Shown here piece by piece: positions 27,741 to 37,756 of a stretch of 64,000 bases of DNA. Both the position numbers and the translations under genes were made by a program. A model generated the notes under the pieces. That model was not told the DNA's origin, did no database searches, and saw only the letters and a program-made list of their open reading frames with translations. The DNA is from an uncultured Clostridia bacterium (GTDB taxonomy: Bacteria > Bacillota > Clostridia > Christensenellales > UBA1242), in contig CALWGY010000001.1 of the NCBI GenBank assembly GCA_944380265.1, forward strand, positions 3,790 through 67,789, given 5' to 3'. Each line of letters opens with the position of its first letter. Position 1 is the stretch's first letter.

Positions 27741-28169
27741 TCAAACAAATTCACGTAACGAATTTAAAAATTCTTCCAAATTCTCTTTAAATTTTTTTGC
27801 ATAAGATAAAAGTTGTGGATTAGCATCTTCAAATTCATGAATTAATTCGTCCATTTGATTAATTCCCATTTTTGTGCCGTTAATCATAATTTCAGCAATT
27901 TTTTCGTCACTTCCGTCCATCATTGTTTCCATTTTAGAAACCATAAAACTGTTTGCTTTCATAAACATGCTAATGTCATCTGGTTCAATTTCATAATTTA
28001 CTGCAATTTTTTTTATGTCTTTAATAAATTCTTCATAGTATTTGTTTTGTTTCTTTATTAGGTTTTTAAGTTTTTCGGTTTCAATTTCGTTTTTTATGTT
28101 GTCAATTCCAACAATTGCTGCACTTGCAGCTTTGTGAAGTTCGTTAATTAATTTTTTTGTTTGTTCCAT
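27741..28169 (-). CDS. hypothetical all-helical protein
   Basis: 142-aa ORF with RBS GGAGA upstream on the minus strand. No family recognised. Confidence 0.55.
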   Translation of the reverse strand: MEQTKKLINELHKAASAAIVGIDNIKNEIETEKLKNLIKKQNKYYEEFIKDIKKIAVNYEIEPDDISMFMKANSFMVSKMETMMDGSDEKIAEIMINGTKMGINQMDELIHEFEDANPQLLSYAKKFKENLEEFLNSLREFV

Positions 28170-28432
28170 TTTGTTTCTCCAAGATTTTTTTATAGTAGTT
28201 TTTTAAAATTTTGTTTAATTTATGCAAGTTTTTTTGTTTTTCAAATTTTTAACAATTTTAGTTTGAAATTTTAAATTTGTAACACAAAAAATTATTATTA
28301 AACAAATACAAACATAAACTTCCACGCATAGGCAAAAATAAACTTCATGTGCGCGAATAAAAACAGTCCCACATATAGAAAAAACAAAAATCCACAACAC
28401 AAAAAAGACTAACAATATTTTAATTTTATTAA

Positions 28433-28461
28433 TTGACAAACATGCCTTAATATGGTAAAGT
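28433..28461 (+). promoter_or_regulatory. sigma-A type promoter of the L21-Prp-L27 operon
   Basis: TTGACA (28433-28438), a 17-nt spacer ending in TGg, then TAAAGT (28456-28461). Confidence 0.55.
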
Positions 28462-28553
28462 ATTCTTGTTCCACATGGATTGGGCTTTTTTTAAGTGCTT
28501 AAAAATGATTTAAGCCGCCTATAACAGTGAGTATGGAGAGAGGAGGTATTAAC

Positions 28554-28856
28554 ATGTACGCAGTTGTTGAAACAGGTGGAAAACAATATAAAGTTTCAGT
28601 TGATGAAGTTTTTAATGTTGAAAAACTTGATGCAAATGTTGGCGACAAAATTAATTTAAAAGTTTTAATGATTGTTGATGGCGACAAAGTTAAAGCTGGC
28701 AACGATGTTAAAAATTCTGTTGTTGAAGCAGAAGTTGTTGAACATGGAAAAGATAAGAAAATTGTTGTGTTCAAATACAAAGCAAAGAAAAATTATCGTC
28801 GCACACAAGGTCACAGACAACCTTACACAACTTTAAAAATTATTTCAATAAAGTAG
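28554..28856 (+). CDS. rplU: 50S ribosomal protein L21
   Basis: The ATG at 28554 follows RBS AGGAGG. MYAVVETGGKQYKV. Confidence 0.95.
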   Translation: MYAVVETGGKQYKVSVDEVFNVEKLDANVGDKINLKVLMIVDGDKVKAGNDVKNSVVEAEVVEHGKDKKIVVFKYKAKKNYRRTQGHRQPYTTLKIISIK

Positions 28857-28863
28857 TGTTAAA

Positions 28864-29193
28864 ATGACTAAAATAAAATTTTATAAAAACGAAAACAATT
28901 TTTTTAAAATAGAAGCCACTGGTCACACAGGATTTGACGAAAGTGGAAAAGATATTTTGTGTGCATCAATTTCTAGCATATTGCAATCTGGTGCTTTGGG
29001 GCTTAAAAAAGTTTTAAAGTTAAAACCAAAAATTGTTAACAACATTGATGGATACATTTTAATAGAGTTGCCAATAAACCAAAATTTAAGTAAAGCGCAA
29101 GTGTTGTTTGAAACAATGTTTGAAAGTTTAAAGGATTTACAAAGTGGTTACTCTAATTACATTAAATTGGAGGTAATAGATTATGTTTATTAG
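28864..29193 (+). CDS. prp: ribosomal-processing cysteine protease Prp
   Basis: Lies between rplU and rpm[20 protein letters not shown] contains the catalytic His/Cys context. Confidence 0.85.
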   Translation: MTKIKFYKNENNFFKIEATGHTGFDESGKDILCASISSILQSGALGLKKVLKLKPKIVNNIDGYILIELPINQNLSKAQVLFETMFESLKDLQSGYSNYIKLEVIDYVY

Positions 29194-29467
29194 AATACAA
29201 CTATTTGCCCACAAAAAAGGATTAGGAAGTTCCAAAAACGGTCGTGAAAGCCAATCAAAAAGATTGGGTGTTAAAAAAAGTGATGGTCAACGTGTTGTTG
29301 CCGGAAACATTATTATTAGACAACGTGGAACCAAAGTTAATCCAGGGGAAAACGTTGGTTGCGGAAAAGATTACACCTTATACGCTTTAACAGATGGTGT
29401 TGTTAAATTCAGCCATGTTAATCGCGATAAGAAAAAAGTTAGCGTTGTAACCGAAGAAAAAAAATAG
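29183..29467 (+). CDS. rpmA: 50S ribosomal protein L27 with cleavable N-terminal extension
   Basis: [31 protein letters not shown]. The Phe-Ala site preceding HKKG is the Prp cleavage site. Confidence 0.95.
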   Translation: MFIRIQLFAHKKGLGSSKNGRESQSKRLGVKKSDGQRVVAGNIIIRQRGTKVNPGENVGCGKDYTLYALTDGVVKFSHVNRDKKKVSVVTEEKK

Positions 29468-29484
29468 TTTAAAAATTAAAAAAA

Positions 29485-29509
29485 ATCACCAAAGTTTGGT
29501 GATTTTTTT
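29485..29509 (+). terminator. rho-independent terminator after rpmA
   Basis: ATCACCAAA pairs with TTTGGTGAT, followed by TTTTTT. Confidence 0.75.
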
Positions 29510-29781
29510 GTTTGTGTTTTTGCTTTTAATTTTTGTTGATTTGTGATAATATTAAGGTGTGCGATGTTAAAATTTAATTTGCTTAAATTTTAAGTTTTGC
29601 TTCTTTAAAAAACAGCACAACTTTGTTGTGCCATCGCACCAAAACAGTTGCTAGTTTTGAGTTAATTTGAACTTATTAAGTTTACATAAAACTTTAAATA
29701 AAATTAAAACTAAAACAAAAATTAAATATAAAACAAACAAACAAAAATTCAAGTTTAAAAATTTTTTAAGCGAAGGAAAAA

Positions 29782-30621
29782 ATGTTAAAATTCACAGTTT
29801 CAGAAAACGAAATTTTCATTCCAACATCTAATGAATTTGACGCCAAACAAACGCTTGAATGTGGTCAAGTGTTCAGGTTTAAAACCACACCTTTTGGGTA
29901 TGAGGTGTACACTTTAAACCATAAAGCAACCATAATTTGTCAAAAAAGTGGCACAAAAATTGTTTGTGATGATGTAAATTATTTTATAAATTACTTTGAT
30001 TTATTAACAGATTATGCTAAAATAAAGCAGGAACTAAGGAAAAATGATTTTCTTAAAAAAGCCATAGATGTGGGTTATGGAATAAGAATTTTAAGGCAAG
30101 ACCCAATTGAAACAATAATTTCTTTCATAATTTCACAAAATAATAACATACCACGAATAAAAAAGATTATTGAAACAATTTGTTCAGAGTATGGCGAAAA
30201 ACTTGATGGCTACAATGCTTTTCCCACACTTGAAAAGTTGAAAACAATTCCAAAACAGTTTTTCACTGATATTAAGTGTGGTTACAGAGATGATTATTTG
30301 TTTAGTTCAATTCAAAAACTTTGTGGTGGCTTTGATATTGAAAAAATTAATAAAATGCCATCAAACGAGGCAAACAAATATTTAACAGAACTTAAAGGCG
30401 TAGGAAACAAGGTTGCGGATTGCATATTGCTTTATGGGTTTCACAAAACTGATGTGTTTCCAACCGACACATGGATTAAAAAAGTTTACAACGATTTTTA
30501 TCCATCAAACAAAACAAAATCTGCCATTCAAATTAGAAATGAGTTTGTAGGTTTGTTTGGGGATTTGTCAGGTTTTGCTCAACAATATTTGTTTTATTCT
30601 AAACGAGAAAATTTAATTTAA
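29782..30621 (+). CDS. ogg: 8-oxoguanine DNA glycosylase (HhH-GPD, OGG1-like)
   Basis: LKGVGNKVADCILLYGFHKTDVFPTDTWIKK helix-hairpin-helix with a catalytic Lys/Asp context. Confidence 0.7.
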   Translation: MLKFTVSENEIFIPTSNEFDAKQTLECGQVFRFKTTPFGYEVYTLNHKATIICQKSGTKIVCDDVNYFINYFDLLTDYAKIKQELRKNDFLKKAIDVGYGIRILRQDPIETIISFIISQNNNIPRIKKIIETICSEYGEKLDGYNAFPTLEKLKTIPKQFFTDIKCGYRDDYLFSSIQKLCGGFDIEKINKMPSNEANKYLTELKGVGNKVADCILLYGFHKTDVFPTDTWIKKVYNDFYPSNKTKSAIQIRNEFVGLFGDLSGFAQQYLFYSKRENLI

Positions 30622-30631
30622 GGGGAATTAC

Positions 30632-31672
30632 ATGGGAAAAGGAAAAAGAATTGCATTATTAATTGATGTTGATAATGTTAAAATCAGCAAAGATGCTGTT
30701 GAAGAATTATTAGGAAAACTTAACAACTATGGCGAAGTTGTTTACTGCAAATTTTATGGATATAACGACAGAAAACACTTATATTTAAGTGATATTATTA
30801 CAAACTATGGTTACGAAACTGCACCATTTATGAGACTTAAAAAACGTTATAGCCAATTAGACAATCGTATTATTGTTGATGCTGTTAGCATGAACTACAC
30901 AAAACCAGACATCGACACATTCTGTATTGTTGCTGGTGATGGAGATTTAATTCCTTTGCTTGTTGAATTAAAATCTTGCGGAAAAACAGTTATTGATGTT
31001 AACACCGAATATCAAGAACTTAACACACATATGTTTGATGAACACATTAACCTTGTAACAATTAACAATGAAGCACAAACATACACACCAAAAACAAAGA
31101 AAGCTCAAACAACTGTTAAAAAGCAAAAAGCAGCTGCTGCTCCAAAACGTGTTGTTGCAAAACCACAACCGGTTTATGAAGAATATGAAGAAGAAGAGGA
31201 AGAAGAACCAGTTTATGTTGCACCAAAACGTCAACCTCAACCAACACGCACACAACCTCAACCAACATATTCCAGACCTCAAACAGTGGCAAAACCACAA
31301 CCTGCACCAGTTGAAGAAGAGGAAGAAGACTACGATTCATATTTTGATGATGAAGATGATGAACCAGTTAAACCACAACCAACAAACACAAACGATGATT
31401 TAGATAATTACATTGAAGATGAATATTACGATGAACCAAGTGGCGACTATGATTTGTCAGAAGTTTTAAAAGACATTACCGCTCGTTATAACAAACTTGA
31501 CTTCACAAACAATGAAAACATGAATGAAAAACTAAAATTAATTCGTGACATTGAAAACCTTATTGAAAATGAAAATTCAAAAGGTGAGGGAATTTATAGC
31601 GATAACGAAGATATCCGTCAAATTTTCAGCGACCTTCAAGATGTTGTTGATGATATGAAAAATGCTTTATAA
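30632..31672 (+). CDS. NYN-domain protein with a Pro/Gln-rich and acidic disordered region
   Basis: GKRIALLIDVDNV...FCIVAGDGDLIPLLVELKSCGKTVI forms a LabA/NYN-like core. The middle region contains KPQP, QPQP and EEEEEE tracts. Confidence 0.65.
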   Translation: MGKGKRIALLIDVDNVKISKDAVEELLGKLNNYGEVVYCKFYGYNDRKHLYLSDIITNYGYETAPFMRLKKRYSQLDNRIIVDAVSMNYTKPDIDTFCIVAGDGDLIPLLVELKSCGKTVIDVNTEYQELNTHMFDEHINLVTINNEAQTYTPKTKKAQTTVKKQKAAAAPKRVVAKPQPVYEEYEEEEEEEPVYVAPKRQPQPTRTQPQPTYSRPQTVAKPQPAPVEEEEEDYDSYFDDEDDEPVKPQPTNTNDDLDNYIEDEYYDEPSGDYDLSEVLKDITARYNKLDFTNNENMNEKLKLIRDIENLIENENSKGEGIYSDNEDIRQIFSDLQDVVDDMKNAL

Positions 31673-31764
31673 AAAAAATAAAAAAGGAACAATTTTAAAC
31701 ATTGTTTCTTTTTTTATTTACAAATTTTGGAAATAAAATATTTAAAAAAAAATAATAAAAAATG

Positions 31765-31793
31765 TTGTATTAAGTTTGTTAATGTGATATTAT
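31765..31793 (+). promoter_or_regulatory. candidate extended -10 promoter of a short transcript
   Basis: TTGTAT, a 17-nt spacer ending in TGa, then TATTAT. Confidence 0.4.
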
Positions 31794-31842
31794 TTCTATG
31801 GAGCAAATTTCCCTAATTTTGTTTCCAAAATATTTAACCTTA

Positions 31843-31881
31843 GTCAAAAGGGAGAGTTTCACTCTCTCTTTTGACTTTTTT
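31843..31881 (+). terminator. strong rho-independent terminator about 80 nt after the candidate promoter
   Basis: GTCAAAAGGGAGAG pairs with CTCTCTCTTTTGAC (14 bp, one G-U pair), followed by TTTTTT. Confidence 0.7.
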
Positions 31882-32197
31882 ATTGTCTATTTGTTGCTTG
31901 TGTTTTGTTGCTTATATCATCACATTTTGTGCAAATGTTTCTCAGCGGTTTTTATGTTGTCAGTTTATTTGTTTATCGCAAATTTTGCATTTTTAAATTT
32001 TGCGTATGGTTAAATGAATGTTTTGTTTAAATGTTTTTAAGTTGAACTATTATATAATAATTAAAATATATTTAATATAGTATATAAACAAAACTAAATA
32101 AAATAACAAATTAGGTATTTATTTTTTTATTTTATTATGTTATACTTAACTTGTAAAAATTAAATAAAAATCTGCTTTTTAAGTTGGAGGAAATGTT

Positions 32198-32737
32198 ATG
32201 TGGAGTGATATTGTTGCTTTGTTTGATGGATATGGAGCAATTCCAATGATTATTATGCTTGCAGGTGTTATTTTGTGTATTGTTGAAGTTTTTGTTCCGG
32301 GATTTGGTGTTTTTGGAATTTTAGGTGGAACTTTCACAGTGGGCGGAATTGTTGCAAGAATGATTATGGGGGCAAGCCTAGACCAATTTTTAATTATGGT
32401 TTTAAGCAGTGCTAGTTTGGTTGTTCTTTCCATAATAATAATGTTAATTTCAGCAAAGTGTGGGTTAATTAGATACAGTCCATTAATCGAAGACAAAACA
32501 AGCGTATCGGTTAACTACGGAAAAGACAACAAACAACTTTTAAAGTTGCTTGGCAAGGTTACTTTTGCCGAAACCGAATTTAAACCAACAGGCAAATTTA
32601 ATTTTAATGGCGAAACATATGAAGCAACAACATATGGCGAATTTATTTCTAAGGGAGAAAAAATTCAAATTGTTGAAATTAAAGCAGATAAAATTTTTAT
32701 AAAAAAATCGGATAGTGTAAATGGAAAAACAAAATAA
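32198..32737 (+). CDS. nfeD: NfeD family membrane protein
   Basis: N-terminal TM helices plus a C-terminal OB-like domain (GKVTFAETEFKPTGKFNFNGETYEATTYGEFISKGEKIQIVEI). Lies upstream of floA. Confidence 0.7.
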   Translation: MWSDIVALFDGYGAIPMIIMLAGVILCIVEVFVPGFGVFGILGGTFTVGGIVARMIMGASLDQFLIMVLSSASLVVLSIIIMLISAKCGLIRYSPLIEDKTSVSVNYGKDNKQLLKLLGKVTFAETEFKPTGKFNFNGETYEATTYGEFISKGEKIQIVEIKADKIFIKKSDSVNGKTK

Positions 32738-32765
32738 CTTAAAGCATGCAAAGGAGTAAAACATT

Positions 32766-33788
32766 ATGTTAAGTATGTTAAATGCCGGAAACACTGCACT
32801 TTATGTTTGGTTAGCTGTTTTAGGGGTTTTGATAATTTTAATAGCCATTTTTGTTGGCATTGTTCCAATTAATGTTTGGATTAGAGCAATGGTTTCAGGG
32901 GCTCACATTTCTGCACTTAGATTAATTGGTATGAAGTTAAGGCATGTTGAGGTTGGCATGGTTGTTGACAACTATATAAATGCAAAAAAAGCAGGTGTTG
33001 AACTTACCATTGACGACCTTGAAACGCATTACATGGCAGGTGGAAATGTTGAACGAGTTGTTGATGCATTAATAACTGCACATGGTGCAAAAATTGAACT
33101 TTCGGTTGAAACTGCAAAAGCCATTGACCTTGCCAATCGTGACATTTTGGCAGCGGTAAAACAAAGTGTTAATCCAGTTGTTATAACAACACCAGAAATT
33201 TCTGCGGTTGCAAAAGACGGAATTGAACTTCGTGTTAAGGCACGTGTAACAGTGCAAAGCAACATCAACAAATTAATTGGTGGCGCTGGTGAAGACACAA
33301 TAATTGCACGTGTTGGCGAAGGTATTGTTACAACTGTTGGTTCAGCAGAAACACATGAAGAAGTTTTAGAAAATCCAGATTCAATTAGTAAAACTGTTTT
33401 AAATAAGGGGCTAGATAGCGGAACAGCATTCACAATTTTAAGTATCGACATTGCCGACATTGATGTTGGTAGGAATATTGGCGCAAAATTGCAAGCAGAG
33501 CGTGCGGAGGCAGATATGCAAATTGCACAAGCAAAAGCTGAAGAAAGAAGAGCAATGGCAATTGCTGCTGAGCAAGAAATGCGTGCAAAAACTCAGGAAA
33601 TGCGAGCAAACTTGCTTAATGCTGAAAGCGAAGTTCCAAAAGCAATTTCAACTGCTTTTTCAAATGGACAAATTGGCGTGTTAGATTACTACAAAATGCA
33701 AAACATTTTGGCAGACACCAACATGCGTAATTCGCTTAGCGGAAATGATAAAGTATCAAATAAAAAGCGAAAACCCGATAAGGATTAG
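32766..33788 (+). CDS. floA: flotillin-like protein FloA (YqfA/UPF0365, SPFH domain)
   Basis: [29 protein letters not shown] and the [19 protein letters not shown] coiled region. Confidence 0.85.
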   Translation: MLSMLNAGNTALYVWLAVLGVLIILIAIFVGIVPINVWIRAMVSGAHISALRLIGMKLRHVEVGMVVDNYINAKKAGVELTIDDLETHYMAGGNVERVVDALITAHGAKIELSVETAKAIDLANRDILAAVKQSVNPVVITTPEISAVAKDGIELRVKARVTVQSNINKLIGGAGEDTIIARVGEGIVTTVGSAETHEEVLENPDSISKTVLNKGLDSGTAFTILSIDIADIDVGRNIGAKLQAERAEADMQIAQAKAEERRAMAIAAEQEMRAKTQEMRANLLNAESEVPKAISTAFSNGQIGVLDYYKMQNILADTNMRNSLSGNDKVSNKKRKPDKD

Positions 33789-34433
33789 TTGTTTATGGGA
33801 AAAGTTGAAATTATCATTTTAGTTGTTGTTGTTTTGTTTATTGCTGTTTTTGTGTTTTTGTTTTTAGATAATTCAAAAAAAATAAAAAATAGTCAACAAA
33901 AACCACCCGAAAAAAAAGCAGATGAAGTTAAAAAGGATGATGGCGGAAAAGCTGAAAAGCCAGAAAACTTAAAAGAAGTTAAAAAGGTTATGGAAGATGT
34001 TTCTAACCAGTCAGAAAACTATTTGAAGCAATTATTGATAAATGATGATGGCAAAAAAAGTGACGATATTAACTTTGCAGAAGTTTCCGAAGAAGAAATT
34101 TTAAAACCTATTGAAAATGATGATGAATTTGAACAAGAAGAAAAAGCTATTGAACTTGGAAAAAAGAAAAACAAAGTTCATGTTTTTGATGAAATAGAAG
34201 ATGATAATTTTCGTGAAAACACAACATCAGTTTTAAATGAACTAGATTCTAATGAAGAAACTGAACAATTAATTAAGGACAACACTCAAAGCGAAATAAA
34301 ACTTGAAAACTTTGAAGAAGACGATTCTGTTGGAGAAGAGTTTAAAAATATGAGTAAACGAATGAAGGTTTTAATGGTTTCTAATGTTTTTGAAAAAAAA
34401 GTTAACAATAATGATGATGACAACATTAATTAA
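33789..34433 (+). CDS. membrane-anchored acidic protein, unknown function
   Basis: One N-terminal TM (VEIIILVVVVLFIAVFVFLFL) followed by an E/D/K-rich sequence. The start could instead be ATG 33795. Confidence 0.5.
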   Translation: MFMGKVEIIILVVVVLFIAVFVFLFLDNSKKIKNSQQKPPEKKADEVKKDDGGKAEKPENLKEVKKVMEDVSNQSENYLKQLLINDDGKKSDDINFAEVSEEEILKPIENDDEFEQEEKAIELGKKKNKVHVFDEIEDDNFRENTTSVLNELDSNEETEQLIKDNTQSEIKLENFEEDDSVGEEFKNMSKRMKVLMVSNVFEKKVNNNDDDNIN

Positions 34434-34458
34434 ATAATTAAAGTAAGAAAATTAAAAA

Positions 34459-34487
34459 AGTGGAACTATAACGTTCCACTTTTTTTT
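34459..34487 (+). terminator. rho-independent terminator
   Basis: AGTGGAAC pairs with GTTCCACT, followed by TTTTTTT. Confidence 0.75.
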
Positions 34488-34730
34488 AAGTTTTTAACAA
34501 GTAATGTAATCCTTTCATTAAATTTTAAAATCTGCATATAACCAACAAATTATCAAGTATTATCAAATTTGACAGTATTATTATTTTTTTATTTTATTAT
34601 AAATTTATAAAAAAAATAATATATATAATTAAGCATTGTAAAATTTTCATTATTTTTATTTGTGTTTTTTAATTTTTGCAATGTTTAATAAAAATTTAAC
34701 ATAGTTGTTAATAAATTTTAGGTGATTATT

Positions 34731-35012
34731 ATGATTTTAGAAGAATTAACTAAACACATTGATGCAGATTTTTCAACACTTTTAGGCGAGTTTAAACTAA
34801 CACTAATTGGATTAAGGGCAATTACTGTTCAAAATTTTATAAAAATTTTAAGTTATACCGCAAACAAAGTTGTTTTTAAAATTAAAAACGATGAAGTTAT
34901 TGTGGAAGGTGAAAACTTTAAAATTGCTGAAATGGGTGTTAAAGATGTAATTTTGACAGGGAAAATTTATAAAATTTATTCAGTTAAAGGTTTAAACAAT
35001 GAAAAAGTATAG
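34731..35012 (+). CDS. yqfC: sporulation protein YqfC
   Basis: The ATG at 34731 lies 5 nt after AGGTGA. It is a small protein immediately upstream of, and overlapping, yqfD. Synteny supports the call. Confidence 0.65.
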   Translation: MILEELTKHIDADFSTLLGEFKLTLIGLRAITVQNFIKILSYTANKVVFKIKNDEVIVEGENFKIAEMGVKDVILTGKIYKIYSVKGLNNEKV

Positions 35013-36111
35013 TTATTTTATTAGAATTGAAGGGCTAAATTTTGATAGATTTTTTAATGAACTAAAAAGGCAAAATATAAAAATGTTTAACATTTCTATG
35101 CCAAACTATAAAACTTGCGAGTTTGGGTTAACTTTTGCAGATTATCATAAAATAAAAAAGCAAAAATTACTAAAAAACTTTAAAACAACAGTTTTAAAAA
35201 CATATAATTTGGGTTTTGTGTGCAACAGTTTTATAAAAAACATGGGGCTTTATTTGGGCGGAGTGGTTGTTGCTATTTTTTCTATTATAATTAGCAAAAC
35301 CACACTAAAAATTAATGTTTTAGGCACTCAAAACATAAAACAAGAAGAAATTGTTAATTTACTTAAACAAATTGATGTTAAAGTTGGAAAAATTAACACT
35401 GTTTCAAATGAAGACATTGAAAAGTACATAAAGCAAAACAATGATAGTGTTAGTTTGGTTTCGGTTGTAAAAAAGGGGACAAACCTAATTGTTAACATCA
35501 AGGAAAAAATTGAAAAAATAGAAGATATTTCTCCAATTTGTGCCGAATATAACATGGTCATAGATTCAATTGTGGTTTCACAGGGCGTTGCAAAGGTTAA
35601 AAGTGGTGATGTTGTTAAAAAGGGTGATGTTTTGGTTGAACCAAAATCTGTTTTAACAAATGGCGAAGTAACGTTATTAAAACCAATTGCAAACATAAAA
35701 GCAACAGCATGGATAACGGGTTTTTGTGAATTTAAAACCGAAGAAGATGTTTTTAAAAGAACAGGTAAAAAAGTTGTTTGGTCGAACTATGAACTAAATG
35801 GTAAAAAATTATTTTCAACCACACCACAAGTAAAGTTTGAAAATTACGATAAAATTGTGTATAATAACTATGTGTTTAAAAATTTCTTTTTACCACTTAA
35901 ATTAAATAGAACAATTTTTTATGAAACAAAAAAAGAAACTATAAAACGTAATTTTGAAGAAAATAAACAAAGTTTAATTGATAAAAGCAAATCAATTGCT
36001 TATTCAAAATTGCCAAAAGGTAAACAAGTTTTAAGTGAAGAAACAATAATTTCACAAGCAAATAACACATATTTTGTTAACACTTACTTAAAAATTGATG
36101 TAAACATTTAA
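34999..36111 (+). CDS. yqfD: sporulation protein YqfD
   Basis: 370 aa with a central TM. The position between yqfC and ybeY is typical. Confidence 0.7.
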   Translation: MKKYSYFIRIEGLNFDRFFNELKRQNIKMFNISMPNYKTCEFGLTFADYHKIKKQKLLKNFKTTVLKTYNLGFVCNSFIKNMGLYLGGVVVAIFSIIISKTTLKINVLGTQNIKQEEIVNLLKQIDVKVGKINTVSNEDIEKYIKQNNDSVSLVSVVKKGTNLIVNIKEKIEKIEDISPICAEYNMVIDSIVVSQGVAKVKSGDVVKKGDVLVEPKSVLTNGEVTLLKPIANIKATAWITGFCEFKTEEDVFKRTGKKVVWSNYELNGKKLFSTTPQVKFENYDKIVYNNYVFKNFFLPLKLNRTIFYETKKETIKRNFEENKQSLIDKSKSIAYSKLPKGKQVLSEETIISQANNTYFVNTYLKIDVNI

Positions 36112-36123
36112 AAGGATAAAATT

Positions 36124-36618
36124 ATGTTAATTAATTTAAAAAACGAGAAAAAAGCAAAAAAATATTTAGTAAACATAATAAATGCATTAAACACTGCAAA
36201 AAATTATTTAAAACTTTCTTGTTCTCAGGTTGAAATTAACGTGTCGTTTGTTTCAAAGTCGGAAATAAAAAAATTAAACAATCAAACAAGGGGAATAAAC
36301 AAAGTAACTGATGTTTTATCATACCCAACACTTTTAACCGATGGATGTGGTGTAATAGACAAAAAAATTTCTAAAAAAGCATTTCCATTCGATATAAACC
36401 CAGAAACAGGCAATCTTGTTTTAGGCGACATTGTTATTTGCGTTCCACGTTGCATTGAACAATCAAAAAAATATGGAACAACAAAAACTCGTGAAATTTG
36501 TTATTTAAGTGTTCATGGATTTTTGCATTTGTTAGGGTATGACCACATAGATGATGAAGATAAAAAATTAATGCGACAAAAAGAAGAAGAAATTTTAAAT
36601 ATTGTAAGTTTAAATTAA
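36124..36618 (+). CDS. ybeY: rRNA maturation endoribonuclease YbeY
   Basis: HGFLHLLGYDH zinc-binding motif. Confidence 0.9.
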   Translation: MLINLKNEKKAKKYLVNIINALNTAKNYLKLSCSQVEINVSFVSKSEIKKLNNQTRGINKVTDVLSYPTLLTDGCGVIDKKISKKAFPFDINPETGNLVLGDIVICVPRCIEQSKKYGTTKTREICYLSVHGFLHLLGYDHIDDEDKKLMRQKEEEILNIVSLN

Positions 36619-36715
36619 CAAAATTTATGTTTAATTTTAAATTAAATTTTAAAAGTTAAAATGTATAATTATACATAAAACTAATTAAAAATACATAAAA
36701 AATTTGGAGAAAAAT

Positions 36716-37612
36716 ATGGATTTTAAAAGCGGATTTGTTGCAATTATGGGCAGACCAAATGCAGGCAAAAGCACACTTTTGAATGCAATTTTAGGCACAA
36801 AAGTTTCAATTGTTTCGCCAAAACCACAAACAACCAGAAACAATATTATTGGCATTTATAATAGTGTTGATTGTCAAATAGTTTTTACAGACACACCGGG
36901 CATTAACACAGCAAACACAAAACTTGATGAGTATATGCAAAAAAGTGTTAAAAACGCAAAAAATGGTGTTGATGCAATTTTACTTTGCGTTGATGGTAGC
37001 AAAGGAATTAAGGAAAAAGACATTGAATTTATTAAAGGTTTTAAGGGCACTGAAAATTTAATTTTGGTTGTAACAAAAACCGATTTAACAAACTACGAAA
37101 AACTTTATCCGCAACTTGCAAAGTTAAATGAACTAGATTTTGTTAAAAGCATAATTCCTGTTTCGTCATTTAAAAAACGAAACATCGATGTTGTTGTTAA
37201 TGAAATAAAAAAATACTTAACCGACAACATAAAATATTTTGCCGATGATGAGTACACCGATAAGTCGGTTAGGTTTATGGTTTCCGAAATTATTAGGGAA
37301 AAGGGCTTGTGGCTTTTGCAAGATGAAATTCCGCATGGAATTGCTGTTGAAATTGCAAATTTTAAGGAATTTGGCAACAAATTTGAAATTGATGCCGATA
37401 TTATTTGCGAAAAAGAATCACACAAACAAATAATAATTGGCAAAAATGGTGCAAAAATTAAAGAAATTGGAACCAAGGCAAGGCTAGATATTGAAAATTT
37501 GCTTCAAAAAAAAGTTTACTTAAACTTGTTTGTTAAAGTTAAAGATGGTTGGCGTAACAAACAAAGTGTTATTGCTGATTTGGGGTATGATTTAAAAGAT
37601 TTAGATAAATAA
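36716..37612 (+). CDS. era: GTPase Era
   Basis: I prefer the ATG at 36716, which follows RBS GGAGA. GRPNAGKST and DTPG motifs with a KH domain C-terminus. Confidence 0.93.
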   Translation: MDFKSGFVAIMGRPNAGKSTLLNAILGTKVSIVSPKPQTTRNNIIGIYNSVDCQIVFTDTPGINTANTKLDEYMQKSVKNAKNGVDAILLCVDGSKGIKEKDIEFIKGFKGTENLILVVTKTDLTNYEKLYPQLAKLNELDFVKSIIPVSSFKKRNIDVVVNEIKKYLTDNIKYFADDEYTDKSVRFMVSEIIREKGLWLLQDEIPHGIAVEIANFKEFGNKFEIDADIICEKESHKQIIIGKNGAKIKEIGTKARLDIENLLQKKVYLNLFVKVKDGWRNKQSVIADLGYDLKDLDK

Positions 37613-37654
37613 AACTAACAAATTTTCACATACTAAAAAAAAGGAGTTTTTGGT

Positions 37655-37756
37655 ATGGAAGATTTAAAAAACACATGTTGGAAACTTTTCAACGAAACAG
37701 GTGAAGTTAGTTATTATTTACTTTACAAAGCATTAAAGGAAGAAGATGAAATTTAG
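37655..37756 (+). CDS. yqzL: YqzL-like small protein (33 aa)
   Basis: Absent from the ORF track because it is shorter than 60 aa. RBS AAGGAG at 37641-37646. MEDLKNTCWKLFNETGEVSYYLLYKALKEEDEI fits the WK-F-TG-YLL pattern, and the era-recO position matches B. subtilis yqzL. Confidence 0.6.
   Translation: MEDLKNTCWKLFNETGEVSYYLLYKALKEEDEI

Noticed and set aside
28462-28553. A possible L21 ribosomal-protein leader RNA in the rplU 5' UTR.
   Set aside because: A ~90-nt UTR exists, but I could not identify a convincing conserved structure by eye. It needs a covariance-model search before it can be called.
30968-31403. Track ORFs 31068..31403(+), 30968..31300(-) and 31116..31340(-).
   Set aside because: They are shadow ORFs generated by the PQ/E-rich repetitive segment of the NYN-domain gene, which is the frame with a recognisable conserved domain.
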